From assembly GCF_018977255.1 (NCBI RefSeq), contig NW_024704743.1, positions 7,504,001-7,568,000 on the forward strand: a DNA stretch of 64,000 nucleotides, written 5' to 3'. Below the pieces are notes generated by a model. It was not told where the DNA came from. It saw nothing but the letters and a program-made list of their open reading frames with translations, and did not search any database. This document shows positions 13,301 through 24,198 of this stretch, one piece after another. The DNA comes from Callorhinchus milii. Its lineage: Eukaryota. Numbering within the stretch: position 1 is the first letter of the stretch; each line of letters begins with the position of its first letter. The position numbers and the translations under genes are program-made.

Positions 13301-14398
13301 AAAGCATCAATGGAGTGAGAAAGCGTATGTACTATTTAAGTGAAACAGCGGCAGAAAGCAACAGGAGTAAAGACATATCGACCAATGCTATGGCGCCAAG
13401 CAAACAATCCGTGCCCAATGACACTGAATGTGATGATACGATTGGATTGACTCTGGTTCACAAAGATCCGGATTATTTTGAAACTGAGCTGAACTCTCGA
13501 AAGTGTCAAAAAAGCACAAAACCAAATGTCGATAACCTTAACGACCTCTTTGAGCAGAAGACTGCAGAATTGGCCAAAAATGAATCACTGGAAGAAAGGG
13601 CCTCAAGGATTTTAGGAATAGAGGTAGCAGTGGAATCGTTGATTTCTTCGGGGAAAAAAATCAGGAACCAGGATGCCGAGGAAAATGAGACAAAATGTTT
13701 CGCAGAGCAGGAAGTCATCTGTTCTGGTCATTTTCCATCAGGCAAAATGTACTCTTCCGTAGAACCGCTATGGTGTGCAACAACAGACCTTTCGGATGTG
13801 AATAAGCTACCAGAATGGAAACAAAGCCCATTCAATGGAACAGCCCCTTGGGTACCTGGTGAACACAAAGCGCTGGGGAATAAATTGCCAAAACGACCCA
13901 GAGAAAAGAACGAAGATTCACAGTGGGAGAAAAGGGCCATCATAAACGAGCTGTTCCATGGACCGTTCACGGAGTTCTACAGTTGGGCTGACAAACACTG
14001 CTGCTTTAGCACAGAGGGAGAAACCGTCCCTGCTCCAGGCGCGGACAGAAAAAGTCGGAACACGTCGGAGATGATCGGTGCTCTGCAGGGCAAGCTGTCA
14101 GTGTCGCCACATCGAGCTGCTCTCGATCGCTTGGCCAGAATGAAGGAAGTGGATTCAGTTTCTCGCATAAGACGTCTCAGCATCAAAAGTACCGATTCTG
14201 GAGATGAACTGGAGGAGGAGCAATACAGCGCAGAGCAAGGAGAGAAGGAAAGTGGTGTCTATGTATCAGCCAGGAAGGAAGGCACTTGCACAACAAGCTT
14301 AAGTGTCTCTTTGACCATCAAGACGACATCACTGGACCATGACTTGAAGCCTTTTGTGTCTTCGCGAACAACTGATGCTGAGAGCAGAGAGAATGGAG
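10332..14398 (+). CDS. JCAD: JCAD/KIAA1462 homologue, giant internal coding exon (about 1,355 codons)
   Basis: The 1298-aa ORF 10516..14412 stays open upstream to an acceptor ctacAG at 10330-10331 (adds ...KDITYWRRRGQDFSVLLDY...). Blocks recognised from JCAD: LGRQLSDG, KSQSLPRV, KPKFSRPLKPPSY, LEPPGYVPPPSY, FVKYIPFDDPRIRH, ETIFCLVSVPVK, EQSLLSMSSSDLELQAL, GSWPGDQYRDQETQTSF, FGQFLLKPVNRRPWDAISELESFNKEIQE, RASRILGIEVAVESL, RMKEVDSVSR. Donor G|GTACGT at 14398/14399. Confidence 0.93.
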
Positions 14399-14569
14399 GT
14401 ACGTCTTTATAAAACGTTCACAAGGCAATGCCGTGACTATATTAACAACATCACAGAATAGCACCAGGAGAGAGATATGTATGTATTGTAAGGGAGGTGG
14501 AGTGGAGTGTTTCTTGTCTGAGCTGTTTCACTCACCTTCCTGCATATTACTTTGAAATCACAATCCAGG

Positions 14570-14855
14570 TCAGCACCACAAAGCAGTGCCGGGCGAGTGC
14601 TGCATTGGTGGACTTGCTGTCCTTCAGATGAGACATTCAACCGAGGCCCCATCTGCCTGTTCATTTGGACATTTAAGATCCCGTTGCACTGATTGAAAAG
14701 AGAAGGGGCTTTCTCCTGGTGTCCCAGCCAACAAACCCCCAGATAAAATTGGCTGTTCACTTCCTGGTTGTTTGTAATTCCTGCAAAGCGCTTTGAGATG
14801 TTTTCTCGATGTGAAAATGCTACATCAAAAGCCAGGATTATTATTATTATTATTT
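14570..14855 (+). mobile_element. Deu-domain SINE just downstream of the large JCAD exon
   Basis: cttcagatgagacattcaaccgaggccccatctgcctgttc...aagatccc...ttctcctggtgtcc, with an (ATT)n tail. Confidence 0.8.
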
Positions 14856-15308
14856 TATCAACTGGAAGAATCGCAAATTCCATGCTGTCCCCAATGTAAA
14901 ACGTTTACGTCTGTGTTTGGGACTAAAATATAAATTAGTACCTTACCTTAAGCCAACTAGCAGGCACATTTCAGCCATTTCAGTGACTGTTACCACAGTG
15001 ACTGATTACATTCTGAAAGGAATGGATGATTTAAATAATAATTATCCTTGCATTTGACATAGTGTCTTATCGTATCTTTGAGACACCTCAAAGCGCTTCA
15101 CAGAATATATTATAAAGTGAATTGACTATATGTTTTGTGGGCGAATGACTTTGATGGTCGCGTTTCAAAATAAACCCGAGCTCCCAGTGCTGGTGTGTGT
15201 AATCTGGGTGTCACAAGTAAAAGACTCTTAATTTGCTGCATCTCATTCATTTCCAGCCAAGTGAGTACATAGACAGCATCAATCCAACCACCCTCAGCTG
15301 TCACAGTA

Positions 15309-15663
15309 GAGGGGAGACCCGTTATAACATGGTGGTTTGGTTTGTTAATTCCGACCCTGTGTTATAACGAGACCCGATACTCAATTTTACTACAAATGTA
15401 CACACCCAGTCAGTTTGCTCCTGCACACTGCTCGTTCCCATCCCAAAAGAAAAAAATGGCCAACTTCAAGATCATTAGGACATCCCAGACATCACTTCCT
15501 GTTGCTGCACATGTGCAAAGCAGGAAGTGACATCACCACGACCTGATGCATCGGATGCCGACTGGCGAATGGGGGAAAAAAGTGAGTTGACTATGCCTTG
15601 GGTGCAACCACACTATAACTGAATCTGTGCTATAAAGAAGCACATTATAAAGGGGCTGCACTC
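15309..15663. mobile_element. Tc1/mariner (Tigger/pogo-like) MITE
   Basis: Flanked by TA at 15307-15308 and 15664-15665. Imperfect TIRs tagaggggagacccgttataacatg versus rc tagagtgcagcccctttataatgtg (19/25), with internal ttataac subrepeats. Confidence 0.65.
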
Positions 15664-16919
15664 TATTAGCAATTTGATTTAATTTCAGTCATTCAAACCT
15701 TTAGCCTGGCATATGTCATTCTGTTAGCTGCCCACAGAGTCTTCTGAAAACAGCAGGAAAGGTAAGAGTCAATGCCATTCCACTGCACTGGGACAGCTCA
15801 CCCTCACGTAAGGAGGTGACAATGTCTTTTGTCAATCATTCCTCCTTTAGACCAATTAAATCTCTAAAACAAAAACAGTGTGCATTTTGTTAAAGGTCTT
15901 TGAGACTGAGTATTAGGGAACTATACCCCAGAGTGCCTCCGCCTTGCCCCCTCCCTCCTTGTGTGCTTGATGGCAACTTCTTGACCTGTTTTAGCACCGG
16001 AATGCAGGGAGTAACGGGGCTAACCATGAACACGCTGCCATCTCACCTCACTATAGGTGACTTGGAGGTGGGATGGGGGTTATGGTTCCAAAAGACTGGT
16101 TTAATACAGGACTCCGCTGTAATTAAAAACAGAAGGGAGTTTCTCCTGGTGTCCTGTCCCAGCAGTCCTGCAGACCTGGGACCTTCTGCATGCAAATTGG
16201 CTGCACTTGACAGCAGTTATCTGTGAAGTGCTTTGAGATATTTTAATGCTGTCGGCACTATATCAAATGCAACGGATTATCATTTTCATTTGTTCCGAAA
16301 CGTAGCTGCTCATGACACATCTCACTTCTGTGCAAGGTGAAAAATGGGCAAAGGATGGACTACAACTGAGGCACAAAAGGAAAGGGTTCCAACTGTGACT
16401 TTGGTCTTATTGTGCAGCAGGCGTTCGCTGGTTGTCAAATGCTCCCTATTGCTTAAAATGAGCAAACATGGTTTAATAATGTACGCTATCAATCTATTCA
16501 GAGGCAAGGACATAAAGTGTATGTATGCACAAGGGACAGATTACTGGAGGTACAGCCTAAATATACAGATGTTGGTAAGCAAATAGCCAGTCCAGGCCAG
16601 TCATAATTTATATGGTTATAATATATACTCTTTTATATCCTGGTGAACAGACTATCAACCGAGCTCAATTGGTAGCCGTTTTGTCTCTGAATCAGGAGGT
16701 TGTAGGTTCAAGCCCCAAGTCAGGGCTTCACAGAGTTCACATTGCCTCAAATTAGCTGCCGCATTCGCCTCCAAAGTACAGTTACTTCACTTTACAGTAA
16801 TTCCTGTGAAGCGTTCCAAGATATCTCAATGACATGATATGGTGCCATATCAAATGCAAGGATTATTATTACTGTATTAATAATGATAAGATTTTATAAG
16901 ATAAAAGTATAAGAAAGAT

Positions 16920-17165
16920 ATTAGGGGATCTAAAAGAGAATTTAGGAGGAACTCTTAATGCAGAGGGTCGTGAGACTATGGAACTCGCTGATGAAGTGGA
17001 AGTTGAATCAGATAGTGTAGATGCAATCAAGAGGAAGCTGGACCTTCACACGAGGGAGAGGGGAATAGAAGGGAGTAAGGAGTGGGTGGAGACTTGTGTG
17101 GAGTATGAATGTCAGCACAAACTAGTTGGACTTGAATGCCTGTTTCCTTGTGGTAAATTCTACGT
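16920..17165 (+). mobile_element. CR1 LINE 3' end fragment
   Basis: tttaggaggaactc...cagagggtcgtgagactatggaactcgctg...caagaggaagctgga...gaatgcctgtttcc. Confidence 0.7.
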
Positions 17166-19035
17166 AAATCTATGTAATTTCATTAATAACAAATAATGTT
17201 TTGTATGTACTAAGGAAATGATCATTGTGGGACAGTAATACTTTACAATAAAAAACATACGCAGGTGTTACGTTAAACAGATGGCTCCACAGGTGAGGGG
17301 GACAGTTTACATTGTAAAGTGTAGCACGTGACTAATAATTGTATATACAGCTGATAATTTAACTGGAAAGCAAGCAAACCAATTCCGTGCGTAGCCAGGA
17401 TCTGCAGTCAAAACATCAGGACAGCACCAGGTGCCATTCAAAGCATACAATCAACAGGAGGTAAATAAAGAGGATAAAATAAATGTCAGGTGGTCAAACA
17501 CATCATTCGAGAAAACTGCAAGGTAACACACATGTCATGAAGAACATATATTAAACCTAGGTCCTGTCTATCCATGTAGGTGAACTTTAAAGATCCCAAG
17601 GCAGTATTTGAAAACAGAAGGGAATTTCTTCTGGTGTTCAGGCCAACAATCCCCCCAAATAAAATAAAATTGGTCCTTCACCCTATGGCTGTTTGTGGGA
17701 CGTTGCCGTGCGCAAATTGGCTATTGGGTTCACCTCTTAAAAACATAGTCACTCCACCTTCACAGTAAATCTGCTGAAGCTTTGAGGCGTTCTCCTGTCA
17801 TGAAAGGCCCTATGCCAAATACAAGGATCATTATTATTATGACGAGAATATTTATAGAGAAAACGTGTTTTTTATATTCCTTAGGCATCGCATCAAGTAT
17901 TGACCATGGTTCCATGTATGAAAGGTAGTTAGGTTGAAGCTGATTGTGGCAGATGTTCTATACTTCTGTTATACTTGCACTGCAGTGCAGTATCTTTCTA
18001 AAGAAATTCATTATGGATTTCTTTCACGCGGTGGCAGGTTGAGCCTGCACCAACTAACTCCCAGCTTTGCCTCCCGCTCCTCAGCAGTAAAAAATTCAGC
18101 AGCTCCCCTCTCCCGAGATGTTTCCAGAGATGAAGAGTTCTTAGAACATGAATTTTGAATTTAAGTTTGTGAAATATGTAAAATATACCCGAAGGTTCTT
18201 GTCTTTTAAGAGCAATGAGATGAGGGAAAAGGGCACAGCTTGGTGGCAAATGCCGAGATTGGATGTTAGCAGAGCTCAAGGTCATTGCTTACAGCCTGAA
18301 TTCCCCTCTCCCTCATGTGAAGGTCTAGCTTTCTCTTAAATCCCTACTTCTGTCAGCTGATTTGCAACCTGACAGAAGGAGTGAGGTGTAAGATTCTACT
18401 TAAACCTCGTGACAAGAAAGAATCTGAATTTTTATAGCGCTTTATCACGTCAGGATGTCTCAAAGCACTTTACACATAATTGTGTGAAGTTTAATGTCTA
18501 TTTTGTTGGCAGAACCACAACCATTTGCGCTAGCAAAATCCCACAAGCAGCCACAAAGAAGAATGATTGATTAATCAGGAGTTTTACAAACATTACCTTG
18601 GTTTAAGCAAAAGTACCTCTGACAAAGCATCTCTGTCCCACTACTGCACTAGATTGTCAGCCTGGACTATGACCTCAAGTCCCGAATTGTGGGTTGAACC
18701 TTCAGATCCAAAGGAGAAAGTGCTACCAAATGAGCATGGCTGACAAAGAGCTTAACAGTGTACGGTGACAAGAAGCAGACCAGTTGAGTAATGGGTAGGG
18801 AGGAATACAAGCCCTGAGAGGCAATGGTAGCTGACACTTAGTAGTGTGAATAATGCTGCTTTTAAATTGAACTTTTGACATTGCTTTGGTGTCCTCATAA
18901 ATCCCGATCTTGTCCTTCTCAAGGCAACTCGAGATAAACTCTTGCCCTGACATCGCCCACATCCAAGGAACGAGTAAACAAACAGAAAAAAAAATTAAAC
19001 CGGCTTTATTCCTAAATCCATGTGCCTCAGTTGCC

Positions 19036-19830
19036 ACAACAAGAACAAATTGCATTTATAGTAATAATAATCCTTGCATTTGATATAGCGCCTTATCACG
19101 TCTTCGAGATGTCTCAAAGCGCTTCATAGAATATACTGTAAAGTGAATTGACTGTATATCTTTGTGGAGTCCTGTAGCTCAGTGGTTAGAGCACTCGCTT
19201 TGCAAGTGAGAGACCTGAGTTCAATTCCAGGCAGAGGGCGAAACCTTGGGCAAGTTTCCTTACTCCACACAGAGCCTAATAATAATCCCTCCAAAAACCA
19301 AAAACAATAATAAATTGGTAATTTTCAATCTACGACTGTTTGTGGGACACTGCTGTGCGCAATTGGCTGCCGCGTTCGCCCACAAATATACAGTCAATTC
19401 ACTTTCTGTGAAGCGCTTTGGGACGTCCTCCCGACGTGAAAAACGCTATATCAAATGCAAGGATTATTATTATTATTATTTGTAGGCGAAACTCAGCAGC
19501 CAATTGCGCACAGCAGTGTCCCACAGACCATCATGGATTGAAGTGACCAATTTTTTTTTTTTTAAGGAATTATTACCTCCGGAAAAGCGATCTGCTAATC
19601 GACTAACAACCGGGTTCCTACTTACTGCTAGGTAAACAGAGGCGTGTGGAGTAAGGAAACTTGCCCAACGTTTTGCGACTGAGCTACAGGACTCCACGCA
19701 CCTTTCATGTTAGGAGGTCATTCCAAGGTGCTGGACAGTCAGGGATTTGCATCCAAACTGGGGGTTGGAATCAAGAAGAGAAGAGAGCAAGGGAGCTAGG
19801 GGTGGGAGGATGACCGGAGGCATGCTTAAA
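19036..19830. mobile_element. Triple-nested insertion: L2 tail (-) containing SINE (-) containing SINE (+)
   Basis: L2 tail 19036-19061 resumes at 19699. The minus SINE 19062-19163 resumes at 19481-19698. A + SINE with head and tail (internally deleted) lies at 19164-19480. Confidence 0.85.
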
Positions 19831-20904
19831 GGATTATTGATCATGTTGAAGCAATTGAGGTATTGATTAATAGTGCAGTATTGAAGCAATTCTTGCAAAG
19901 GCACACTAAAAGGATTTCAAGTGAACTTTTACAATAGAATACAATTTACATAGGCAGAAGGATGCCTCAAAGTGCTTTACACAGCTGCCTGAGGACCCGA
20001 GTGAGTGGGTGAGGTGGGGGGAGGGAGAAGATGATGGAAAGCGAAGTCAAAGAGGTCAGAATCACAGGGACCCAGGGATGGAGGATGCTATATAAATATA
20101 AATTGTTGTTACTGAAATTAGTAATTGATTTTGCCGGGCTTTGGATTTTTTCTCTACCCAGCACTTTCTCTACCCAGCACTTTCTCTACGCAGAAAACGT
20201 CAGAGCACATGCTTGTTTTTTGAAAAGTAAACATTGGACTGGACTTTGACTGGGCCTGGCAGATGGCTAGCATGTCGGAGCATTGCTGATCATTATATTA
20301 ATTTATCTGAAACCGTAGTTAAGAAACAGGAGCTATGTCAATAACCACAGCTCCAGCCTCTTCACAAAACCAATAGCTGCACCTCCGAAAAATGAGACCA
20401 CGCTTGATAAGCAGCTCAGCAGGTTGATAACACGAAACATACATCCCAACAGAACCAGGATCCCAAATATTCCAGTAATTAATTCACCTTTTAACATCTG
20501 CCATGTGTAAACCAACTTATGTAATATAAAAGCCATTTTTGCCACCACACACTTTTCAGACTGCATTTTAATGGTGTTCTGCAGCATTCTCGTTTTCGTT
20601 TTAGAAGGTTTTGGGCACAGGCCCTACATCAGAGACTTTCAGCGAGGTTGACAGGGCAGTGTTGGGGAAGCCATGCATTTTCGGAGTTCCTTCAAGTGAA
20701 TCATTGAACCAAGATCCCATCTGCCTGTTCAGGGGGATGTTTCAAGTCCCATGACATTACTCGAAAAGAGAACAATGTCTCACACCTATATTCCTCCAGA
20801 TAAATTGATTATTCCCCTTCCGGCTGCTTGTAGGTCTTTGCTGTGCACAAATTAGCTGTCGTGTTTGCCTAAAAAAAATGTCTTGACCACACTTAACAGT
20901 AATT

Positions 20905-21300
20905 ACAACAATAACAAACAACAGCAAAATAAATTTGTAAAGCGCCTTTCACAGCGGGAGGAATTCCCAAGGCCATGGACAATAAGGGATTTGGGCCCGA
21001 GCTGGGGGTTGGGATCAGGAGGGTGGAGGGGAGAAGGTAGGGGTAGGAGGGTGGCTGAAGGCACGGTCGAAGAGCAGGGTCTAGAGACATGCCTTGAAGG
21101 AGGCAAGGGAGGGAGCGAGGTGAAGGGACGGTGGAATGGAGTTCCAAGGGTGGGGGCAGAGAGGCTGACGGCCCGACCGCCAATGGTGGGGGAGGCCGGG
21201 AGGGGGACTTGGAGCAGGCCGGAGCCTGCTGAGCAGAGGCAATGGACAGGTTGATATGGCGTTAGCAGGTCACAGAGGTAGGAGGGAGCAAGGCCTTGGA
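20905..21300 (-). mobile_element. L2 LINE 3' fragment
   Basis: (CAA)n tail, agcgcctttcac, and rc of ...ccattggcggtcgggccgtcagcctctctgccccc. Confidence 0.85.
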
Positions 21301-21432
21301 GACTTTACTGTATTTGAGATGTTATGACCTGAGAGCTGCAACATCAAATGCAGGATTTATATATATGTGTTTATTGACGGACTACATTTCACCCCAGTGA
21401 ACTTTTAGACATCTTGACAACATGATAATAAT

Positions 21433-21712
21433 AAGCGAGTGGACCCAGGTAGGATTCCCAGGCAGTGCAAAACCGGAGGCAAGTTTCCTTACTCCGCACG
21501 CCTCTGTTTACCTAGCAGTAAGTAGTTGTGAGTCGATTGGCGGATGACTTTTCAGGGTTAATAATCCCTCCTTCGTGGGATACTGTGTGCAATTGGCTGA
21601 CACGCTTCGCCCACAAATTACACAGTCAATCCACTTTACAACATTTTCTGTGAAGCTCTTTGCTACATCTCAATGATGTGATAAGGCGCTATATCAAATG
21701 CAAGGATTATTT
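21433..21712 (+). mobile_element. tRNA-derived SINE copy
   Basis: ggcaagtttccttactccgcacgcctctgtttacctagcagtaagtag...gataaggcgctatatcaaatgcaaggattatt. Confidence 0.85.
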
Positions 21713-22816
21713 TGTAATATATTAATTTGCAAAACATACAATACTGCAATATCCAGAGTGATCATAAGAGGGAGCTAATCACTACCACATCACCACAAGG
21801 CAGTAAAGTTTAATGGCTTTGTTTTGTGTTCTGGTGTTTGTGATTACATTAATGAACATCAGTTATTTAAAGTCAGCAGGAACAGACCAGACTTTTTATG
21901 GGCTATTTAAGGATTGACTGATATGAAGACAGTATATTTGAAGCTCTGTAGCACTACTATTTATTTTGGCAGGCAATTTTGTTTTGCGATGTGTAAACAA
22001 TCTTGTCCAAATAGAATATAGCACTAATTGCCTTTCGCACATAAATTCTCCAGGACTCAATATTCTGCTCAAAGAAGTCTAGGCTGACATTTCATGTTAA
22101 TCAAGTTCTGACACATTTTTGGAAGGAATTTTATCCGTTTCATAGCCACAAAATATACATTCATTTCACTTTACAGTATATCCTGTGAAGCGCTTTGAGA
22201 CGTCTCCAAGATGTGATAAGTTGCTATATCAAATGAGGATTATTATTCTATTGTAAACTTTTGTTTTTTCACTGTGTTGAAAAGATCTATTAAAGATTTG
22301 GGGGTCTAATTTACAATATTTTGACTTTTTCATAATTAATGTGTAATTATCAATTTCTAAAACATAAATTATGCCAATGTGTTATCAGTCAGAGTATGTC
22401 AGCAGGTTCACTCCCACCTCTGGTTCAGAAGGTTCACAAGATTACAAGATTGGTTTGGATGAATAAAACCGTTTGTTCCATCGAATCTCATTGTTACATC
22501 TCCCTTTGTTCCATCCCCCCCCCCCCCCTCAGTATCCTGGCCTCAACCACCCTTCCTCGTGATCTGTTCCAGTCGTTAATTACTTTCTGTATAAAGTAAA
22601 ACTTTATGGTGTCTGTCATGAAATTGCCCCTTGTAACTCAATCTGTGCTTGATGCATCCTAAGCATTGATCTGGGTTTACCCTATAACTCTTGAGTGCTT
22701 TTATTCAATATATCCGCATATTGTTTATACACACTGTAGTGTGAGTGAGTGCAAACTTCAAGTGCAAGACAGATGTTGATGTGCTTTCCTTTACTTAGAT
22801 CACTCCTGTTTTCCAG

Positions 22817-22851
22817 ATGCTTACGACCCCAGCAAAGTCGAAACTGTGTGA
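22817..22851 (+). CDS. JCAD: JCAD terminal coding exon (D-AYDPSKVETV-stop)
   Basis: Acceptor cctgttttccAG at 22815-22816. Joined in phase 1 to the G at 14398 it reads GAT GCT TAC GAC CCC AGC AAA GTC GAA ACT GTG TGA, matching the recalled mammalian JCAD end DSYDPSRVERV. An in-frame alternative acceptor lies 18 nt upstream (exon start 22799). Confidence 0.88.
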
Positions 22852-23820
22852 GAGGACGTGAATGAAGGGACTTCAGGAAAACGTTAAGGTTTTTACACTG
22901 TGATCTGGTTCACAAGACTGCCTTCCATCAAATGCAAACATCTGGCCTGCCTTCTGCACGCACTGTTTATATTAATAAATGTATTGATAAAGTGCTGTAT
23001 CACTGCCAGGAGGAAGTTCGTCAGACACAGAAGCCTCTGTTAACCTTGCAGTATATTGACAGAAGTCGCTGGAAACACACAGCAGGTCAGGCAACATCCA
23101 GGGAGAGAGGAAAACCTTTCCGTAGATGCAACCTTGCAGTGTCTGATCAGACCGTAATCTCCAGTGAAGATTAGAGCCTTCTGCATTGAACATCTCTTTC
23201 TGGACTCGATAGGAAACATTGGCTGGATTCACTTGCATACCATGTGCTGAATTGCTGCCACTTTATCACAACCGTTGCCTGTTTGTGAGGGTGCATTCTT
23301 AAGCCCAGTTGAATTTGCAATCATCTGCAAATTGTTCTGTGAAACATATACATGCTTTCAAATCACCTAATTCCTTCAGTGTCTTCTTCGTTTACAGGGT
23401 AATGTGAACGTTGCAGGGAATTATGCAGTGAACTGCTTTCTTCCAATTAATATTAATGTATAAAAGAATTGTTAAAAGAAAATATTGTGTGTAGCTCACA
23501 GTTTGCAATATATAATTTTATTAGAGACTAAATTAAGTAGGTCTGAGACGTGCACTAACCGTGAGTCTCTACTCCCCCACCACTCCCCATCATCGATCTA
23601 ATATTTGGAAGTTAAATAATTCGCAGACAGCATTTTCAGTGTGAAGCTTATTGCAAAAGATGATTCCACTGAGGCTGTGTCATTCACAGTCACAGCCAGT
23701 CCTGTTCAGTGTCATTATGGTGCTGATACTGTGCATCCAGCAACCTGTCTGTTGTCGTGAATCTAGAAACTGGTGAGCAAACCACAGAATAATAGTCTGA
23801 AAAAGCACCCGTAATTCATA

Positions 23821-24198
23821 GGAGTCTTGGTAGCAGTGGTTAGAGCAATCACCTCGTAAGCAAGAGGACCTGAGTTTGATTCCCGGGCAGGGCAAAACCT
23901 TAGGCAAGTTTCATTACTCCGCACGCCTCTGTTTACCCAGCAGTAAGTAGGAACCTAGTTGTTAGTTGATTGGCGGATCGCTTTTCCCGGGGTAATAATC
24001 TCTTCAATAATTTTTTTTTAAAAAATAATAATTTGATCATTCAATCAATGACTGTTTGTGGGACACTGCTGTCCGCAATTGGCTGCCGCGTTTCACCCAC
24101 AAAATGTACAGTCAATTCAGTTATATTCTGCAAAGCGCTTTGAGATGCCTCGAAGATGTGATAAGATGCTATAATCAAATGCAAAGATTATTATTATA
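23821..24198 (+). mobile_element. Full-length tRNA-derived SINE inside the probable JCAD 3' UTR
   Basis: ggagtcttggtagcagtggttagagc head through the gattattatta tail. An extra tail fragment lies at about 24355-24415. Confidence 0.88.

Noticed and set aside
10418..14186. Many antisense and alternate-frame ORFs overlapping JCAD
   Set aside because: Shadows of the long coding exon, with no recognisable motifs.
10516..14412. 1298-aa ORF as a complete single-exon gene
   Set aside because: JCAD similarity extends upstream of the ATG to the acceptor at 10331, and the conserved C-terminus lies on a separate exon at 22817.
19411..19480. Recurrent palindromic ~35-bp motif as a CRISPR-like repeat or terminator
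   Set aside because: It is the dispersed L2/SINE 3' stem-loop, with no regular repeat-spacer array, in a eukaryotic context.
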